From Microcoleus sp. (GTDB lineage: Bacteria > Cyanobacteriota > Cyanobacteriia > Cyanobacteriales > Microcoleaceae): a stretch of DNA of 64,000 nucleotides. The stretch covers positions 192,001 through 256,000 of the forward strand of contig JAYFMW010000020.1 of NCBI GenBank assembly GCA_042408215.1, read 5' to 3'. The notes below the pieces were generated by a model. The model searched no databases and was not told the origin of the DNA. It saw nothing but the letters and a program-made list of their open reading frames with translations. This document shows positions 60,068 to 64,000 of this stretch, piece by piece (within the stretch, counting starts at the first letter, position 1; each line of letters opens with the position of its first letter). The position numbers and the translations under genes are program-made.

Positions 60068-60712
60068 TTATCCTGAAAACTTACTAGAGCATAACATTGA
60101 TTTCCAAAGGTATGGCAACCGGCCAGCAAATCTAAACTCAATGTCGGTGTATCCTTCATGTGTTAATAATTTCGTCAGTGTCTCTAATGAAAAAAATTTG
60201 ATGTGACCGTTATCCCAAAGCACGGTAAAATGTTTGTCCATTTTTCCACTAATAGCCAAGGCAAGATTTTTTAAATAGCCGTGATACGGGGTGGAAATAA
60301 TTAGCCTACCTCCGGGCTTGAGACATTTTTTGGCAGTTTTTGCTAGTTCTTTGGGATAAAGTAAGTGTTCGATTACTTCAATTGCTAGGACAACATCGAA
60401 TGAATGCAGCATCTCAGTGTCGGGTAGTTCGTAAATATTGGCTTCGATAAATTGACACTCTGGGAAACTTTGACGGGAGATGGCAATTCCGGGTGCAGAA
60501 GTGTCCACGCCGACAACTTCACAGCCGTGCTCTGCGATGACGTGACTGAGGCTGCCATTGCCGCAGCCTAGATCTAAAACTCGGAGTTTTCTCTGGCTGG
60601 TGGCTTCCAGTTTGACCAGCATTTCCAACAGGGGGGATAGCAAATAAGCGTGATGATATCTGGGACGGTTATTTGTGTAATAGTAAGTATAGTCGCTAGA
60701 GTTTTTTTTCAT
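60068..60712 (-). CDS. Class I SAM-dependent methyltransferase
   Basis: VLDLGCGNG, GVD, EVIEHL, LKPGG..IISTPYHGY, GHIKFFS. Confidence 0.9.
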   Translation of the reverse strand: MKKNSSDYTYYYTNNRPRYHHAYLLSPLLEMLVKLEATSQRKLRVLDLGCGNGSLSHVIAEHGCEVVGVDTSAPGIAISRQSFPECQFIEANIYELPDTEMLHSFDVVLAIEVIEHLLYPKELAKTAKKCLKPGGRLIISTPYHGYLKNLALAISGKMDKHFTVLWDNGHIKFFSLETLTKLLTHEGYTDIEFRFAGRLPYLWKSMLCSSKFSG

Positions 60713-61138
60713 TGATTGAGGTAGAGAGACTATTGCCGATCGCGTAAATTCACGGAGAGTGGGTGTGCGGGTGAGGTTCAAGGTTCACCGCAGTAGGTTT
60801 GTCAGAGTCGAGTGGCGACTCAGCAGTCTCCTGGTTTAACTGGTGAATGGTTGTCACCGAATCAGTCGGATGTGGACAGAAATTTTTCACAGGGTGCAGA
60901 ATATAGAATCTGATGTCTCAAACCGGCTTCTCTCCAAGGTATTGGGCAAGAAAATGCCGATCGGGCAAAAATGATCTCCCTTCACTAGCCTCCCAAAGAA
61001 CATTCAGGCTGTTAAGCGGAGCTCCTAGTGTAATTACCAGGAAAACTATTTTCCCGATCATCCCCGACAATCCCGGATAATTGACATGGGTCACGTCAAA
61101 GTGTGACAATAGTCCATAACCAGAGCGAATTTACACCG

Positions 61139-62689
61139 ATGACTACTCTGACATACTGCAAAGCACTTCCGACACCAATATATGAGTTAAACCCACTGGG
61201 CCAAACTCAGCTAGAAATGTTTTTGAGTGCTTATACCCCAATTTTCCACAATGCAGTATGTGAAACGGTGAACTTTATCCTCTCAGGTGTTGACTTTAAC
61301 CAATCTCAATGGCGAACCCATTTACAAGACAATTACGGGATTAGTGCTCGACACGCCCTGGGTGTTATCTCAGCCGCCAAGGGTGCTGTTGGTAGTGCAA
61401 AAGAATGTCGGATTTTACATATCAAAACCTTAGAAGGTCAAGCCAAATCCTGTGCAGCTTGGTTGAAGAAGGCAGAAAGGAAACTGAAGAATGCTCGGAA
61501 ATTTTACGCCGCCCCCAATTGGCGCGAGCGTAAAAAAGGGTGTGTTTTTCCCTTATCCTGCTCTCTCAAATCTCGCCAAACCTCTTGGCAGAATTTACGG
61601 TTTCAAATCCATCACAAAAAGCGTAAATTACACAGATATCAGGAACAAATATCGGCTTTAAGATTGGCTCCTATTAGGGTATCAGTCCCCCGACTTGTAG
61701 GGACACGGCACGCCGTGTCCCTAGGAAAAGGCAGTGCCGTGTCCCTAGGAAACGGCAGTGCCGTGTCCCTACTGGGTTGTAAAAATGAGTCATTTGGCAA
61801 TCAGGTATGTCAATGGGATGGTCATAATTTAAAATTGAGAGTCCCCGCCTGTTTAGAATCAAAATTTGGTAAGTATGTCGAGTCGAAAATTGGTGATTTT
61901 CCTCGCAACATTAACCGATTACCTGCTAATTGTGCTAAAACTTGGCACTTCTATTACAAATCGGGTAAGTGGTGTGCGGCTGTGAGTTTTACCCCATCAG
62001 AAGTTAAGCGAGTATCGAGTTCTGTAGATTATGGATGTATCGGTATTGATCTGAATCCGGGGTCCATTGGTTGGGCTTATATCGACAAGGAAGGGAATTT
62101 AAAAGCTCATAATCAAATACCATTACAAACGGGACTCCCGAAGGGTCAACAACAGGCTCAAATTGTTAAAGCTTGTCGGGAATTGGCGAAACTAGCCAGC
62201 CATTATCAATGTCCCATTGTGGGTGAAAAATTAGACTTTTGTGCTAAGAAAGAACAACTAAGAGAACGGGGTAGAAAGTATGCTCGAAGCCTTTCTCATT
62301 GGGTTTATTCTCGGTTTTTCAAGTTGTTAAACTCTATTCTTTCTAATCTGGGGATAGAATTGATCGCAGTAAATCCGGCTTATTCGAGTATCATTGGCTT
62401 GGTTAAATACCTGAAAATGTATGGTTTAGCTAGTGATGAATCAGCGGGTTTAGTGATGGCTCGTCGAGGGATGAGGCTATCAGAAAAGATCCCAGGCTCC
62501 TTAACCGCCGCCTTTGAGGTGAACTCAACTAAGCAGGTTTGGAGCCTGTGGAATCAACTTAATAAAAAAATCAAGTGTTCTGGTATGGTAACAACTAGAC
62601 ATTGTTACTTTGCTATCTCTAACTGGGATTTCCTGGCCAACCCCTTGGACTCGCCCGCTCGCGTAGTCGAAGGGAAGCGTAAGCACTAG
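61139..62689 (+). CDS. Long IS200/IS605 accessory TnpB-related protein, no Zn finger
   Basis: RuvC-I IGIDLNP, RuvC-II GEKLDF, VNPAYSSIIG..KY, ASDESAGLVMARRG; no transposase nearby. Confidence 0.85.
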   Translation: MTTLTYCKALPTPIYELNPLGQTQLEMFLSAYTPIFHNAVCETVNFILSGVDFNQSQWRTHLQDNYGISARHALGVISAAKGAVGSAKECRILHIKTLEGQAKSCAAWLKKAERKLKNARKFYAAPNWRERKKGCVFPLSCSLKSRQTSWQNLRFQIHHKKRKLHRYQEQISALRLAPIRVSVPRLVGTRHAVSLGKGSAVSLGNGSAVSLLGCKNESFGNQVCQWDGHNLKLRVPACLESKFGKYVESKIGDFPRNINRLPANCAKTWHFYYKSGKWCAAVSFTPSEVKRVSSSVDYGCIGIDLNPGSIGWAYIDKEGNLKAHNQIPLQTGLPKGQQQAQIVKACRELAKLASHYQCPIVGEKLDFCAKKEQLRERGRKYARSLSHWVYSRFFKLLNSILSNLGIELIAVNPAYSSIIGLVKYLKMYGLASDESAGLVMARRGMRLSEKIPGSLTAAFEVNSTKQVWSLWNQLNKKIKCSGMVTTRHCYFAISNWDFLANPLDSPARVVEGKRKH

Positions 62690-62924
62690 GAAAGAATGCT
62701 TAAGAAACTTAAACAGCCTAGTTTGTCCGGCTTTTTCGGGATTTTTTGAAGCTGAAGATACTGAGCATCGAGAAGGAGGACAGTGGCTTCTATAATTGTG
62801 TTTAACTGTTGTTCAGCAACTGTCTTGTCCGGTCAGAAAAGTACCCTCAACAGATGCGCTAGTCGGTCTGGTTTGTTTCACTATGGTCGCTGTTGGGTCC
62901 TACACCTTAATTTAGATATGTCCT

Positions 62925-64000
62925 ATGGTTAAGTTAGGTCAATCCTCCTTTCGCCGTATTTTACTGTCGCGGATTTTGTTGCTCAGCGTACCTGTTCTAC
63001 TGGTGGGGGAGTATGTTACCTATCGCAAGGCACGCTCCATGCTTCTGGAAACTGCTCGTCAAAACTTGACAGAAAGTGCCGTCAGAAAAGCAGAAACTAT
63101 TGAACAGTGGGCGAAATCGCTGAAGTCGAATCTGATCGGCGCTTCAGAAAACTCGCTCTTACAGTCTGTAGAGCCGAAGGATTATCAAAAGTTGATCTCG
63201 CAGCTAGGGCAGCGGTTGCCGGCGCAGGTTGATTGCTTGCAATTGACGAATTTGCAGACAAATCAAGTGATAGCCAGCACTTGTGGCCCTCAACAGATTC
63301 ACTCGCAGTCGCCACCTGCTAATTTTTGGCCGCAGCAACAGCAGCAGGCGCTACTGGACGACAAGAGCGTTTACATCAGTCTGTCGTGGCCAAATATGCA
63401 GCAGGGGAAACTAAACGACAAGAATCCCGTTTCCCCAGCAGCGAAGTTTTCAGATGGGAGTAAAAAGGGCCAAGAGGGCAAGGAAAGCCCGGTTAGTTTG
63501 GTGTTGAGCGCTCCTGTTTACATTCGTCAAGGCAATGGTCGGCAATTGACTTATGCTTTGAGTTTGCAGTCGGCACTGCCGGTGCAAACCAGTGCTCCGA
63601 AGGGGTCTCTGGCTGGCTATACGGTGGCGATCGACCAAGATGGAACGATTTTGGCACACCCGAATATTGACCGCGTGGGCCGCAATATCGACCAGGAGGC
63701 GGATGCCGATCGCTTGAAGAGTATCGTCAAAAGGGCGATCGCCGGAGGACAGGCGGCTTTTCTGCACCTGTTTTCTTTTGAAAGAAATGGTGTGGAGTTG
63801 CTCGCTGGGTACGCCGCTATCCCCAGTCCTTTAACTCAAAAAGAGAACAGCAAGTGGATTATTTTAGCTGTCTCTCGTTTGGATTATGCTCTGTCAGGTC
63901 TCGAAGAAATTCAGCAGGTTTTATTTAATCTGATTGTGGGTTTGGTTGCTGCTAGTATCATCGCGACTTTATATTTGTCTCGCGATTTAGCCCGTCCTTT
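62925..64000 (+). CDS. Membrane sensor, probably a histidine kinase (TM, Cache-like domain, TM, HAMP start); partial
   Basis: Hand translation MVKLGQSSFRRILLSRILLLSVPVLLVGEYVTYRKARS..IDQDGTILAHP..LYLSRDLARP; open to the window edge. Confidence 0.8.
   Translation, partial: MVKLGQSSFRRILLSRILLLSVPVLLVGEYVTYRKARSMLLETARQNLTESAVRKAETIEQWAKSLKSNLIGASENSLLQSVEPKDYQKLISQLGQRLPAQVDCLQLTNLQTNQVIASTCGPQQIHSQSPPANFWPQQQQQALLDDKSVYISLSWPNMQQGKLNDKNPVSPAAKFSDGSKKGQEGKESPVSLVLSAPVYIRQGNGRQLTYALSLQSALPVQTSAPKGSLAGYTVAIDQDGTILAHPNIDRVGRNIDQEADADRLKSIVKRAIAGGQAAFLHLFSFERNGVELLAGYAAIPSPLTQKENSKWIILAVSRLDYALSGLEEIQQVLFNLIVGLVAASIIATLYLSRDLARP

Noticed and set aside
1..64000. Dense GCGATCGC octamers as a novel signal
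   Set aside because: This is the well-known cyanobacterial HIP1 sequence; used only as a taxonomic clue.

Overview
Chromosomal DNA of a filamentous cyanobacterium, judged from the dense HIP1 octamers (GCGATCGC), STRR heptamer tracts and hpsL/ebsA/psb34/mgdA. The repeat families look Microcoleus/Oscillatoria-like (inference). Housekeeping genes include typA, hpsL, sucC with a frameshifted sucD, mgdA, ebsA, yajQ, metF, trpS, cimA, thiO, thiG, psb34, hemY, an FeS photolyase and a partial sensor kinase. Accessory DNA includes at least four type II toxin-antitoxin pairs, a NACHT/HEAT protein, a ParA plus partner, a three-gene TPR-CHAT protease locus, and a double-glycine peptide export locus with an unannotated Arg/Tyr/His-rich precursor. 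There are four IS200/IS605-superfamily items: an intact iscB with its omegaRNA, a dead tnpB, a protein-less mini-element and a long TnpB-related gene. MITE/REP-like repeats are common, several translated in frame inside genes. Best leads: (1) the peptide export locus; (2) the TPR-CHAT / small protein / 2-TM triad; (3) a CdiA-like nuclease whose putative partner is fused to ThiG; (4) the IscB element inserted between the sucD ribosome-binding site and start codon; (5) a helically phased DnaA-box cluster. No rRNA, tRNA or CRISPR array was seen. All family assignments come from motif recognition by eye; no database searches were run.
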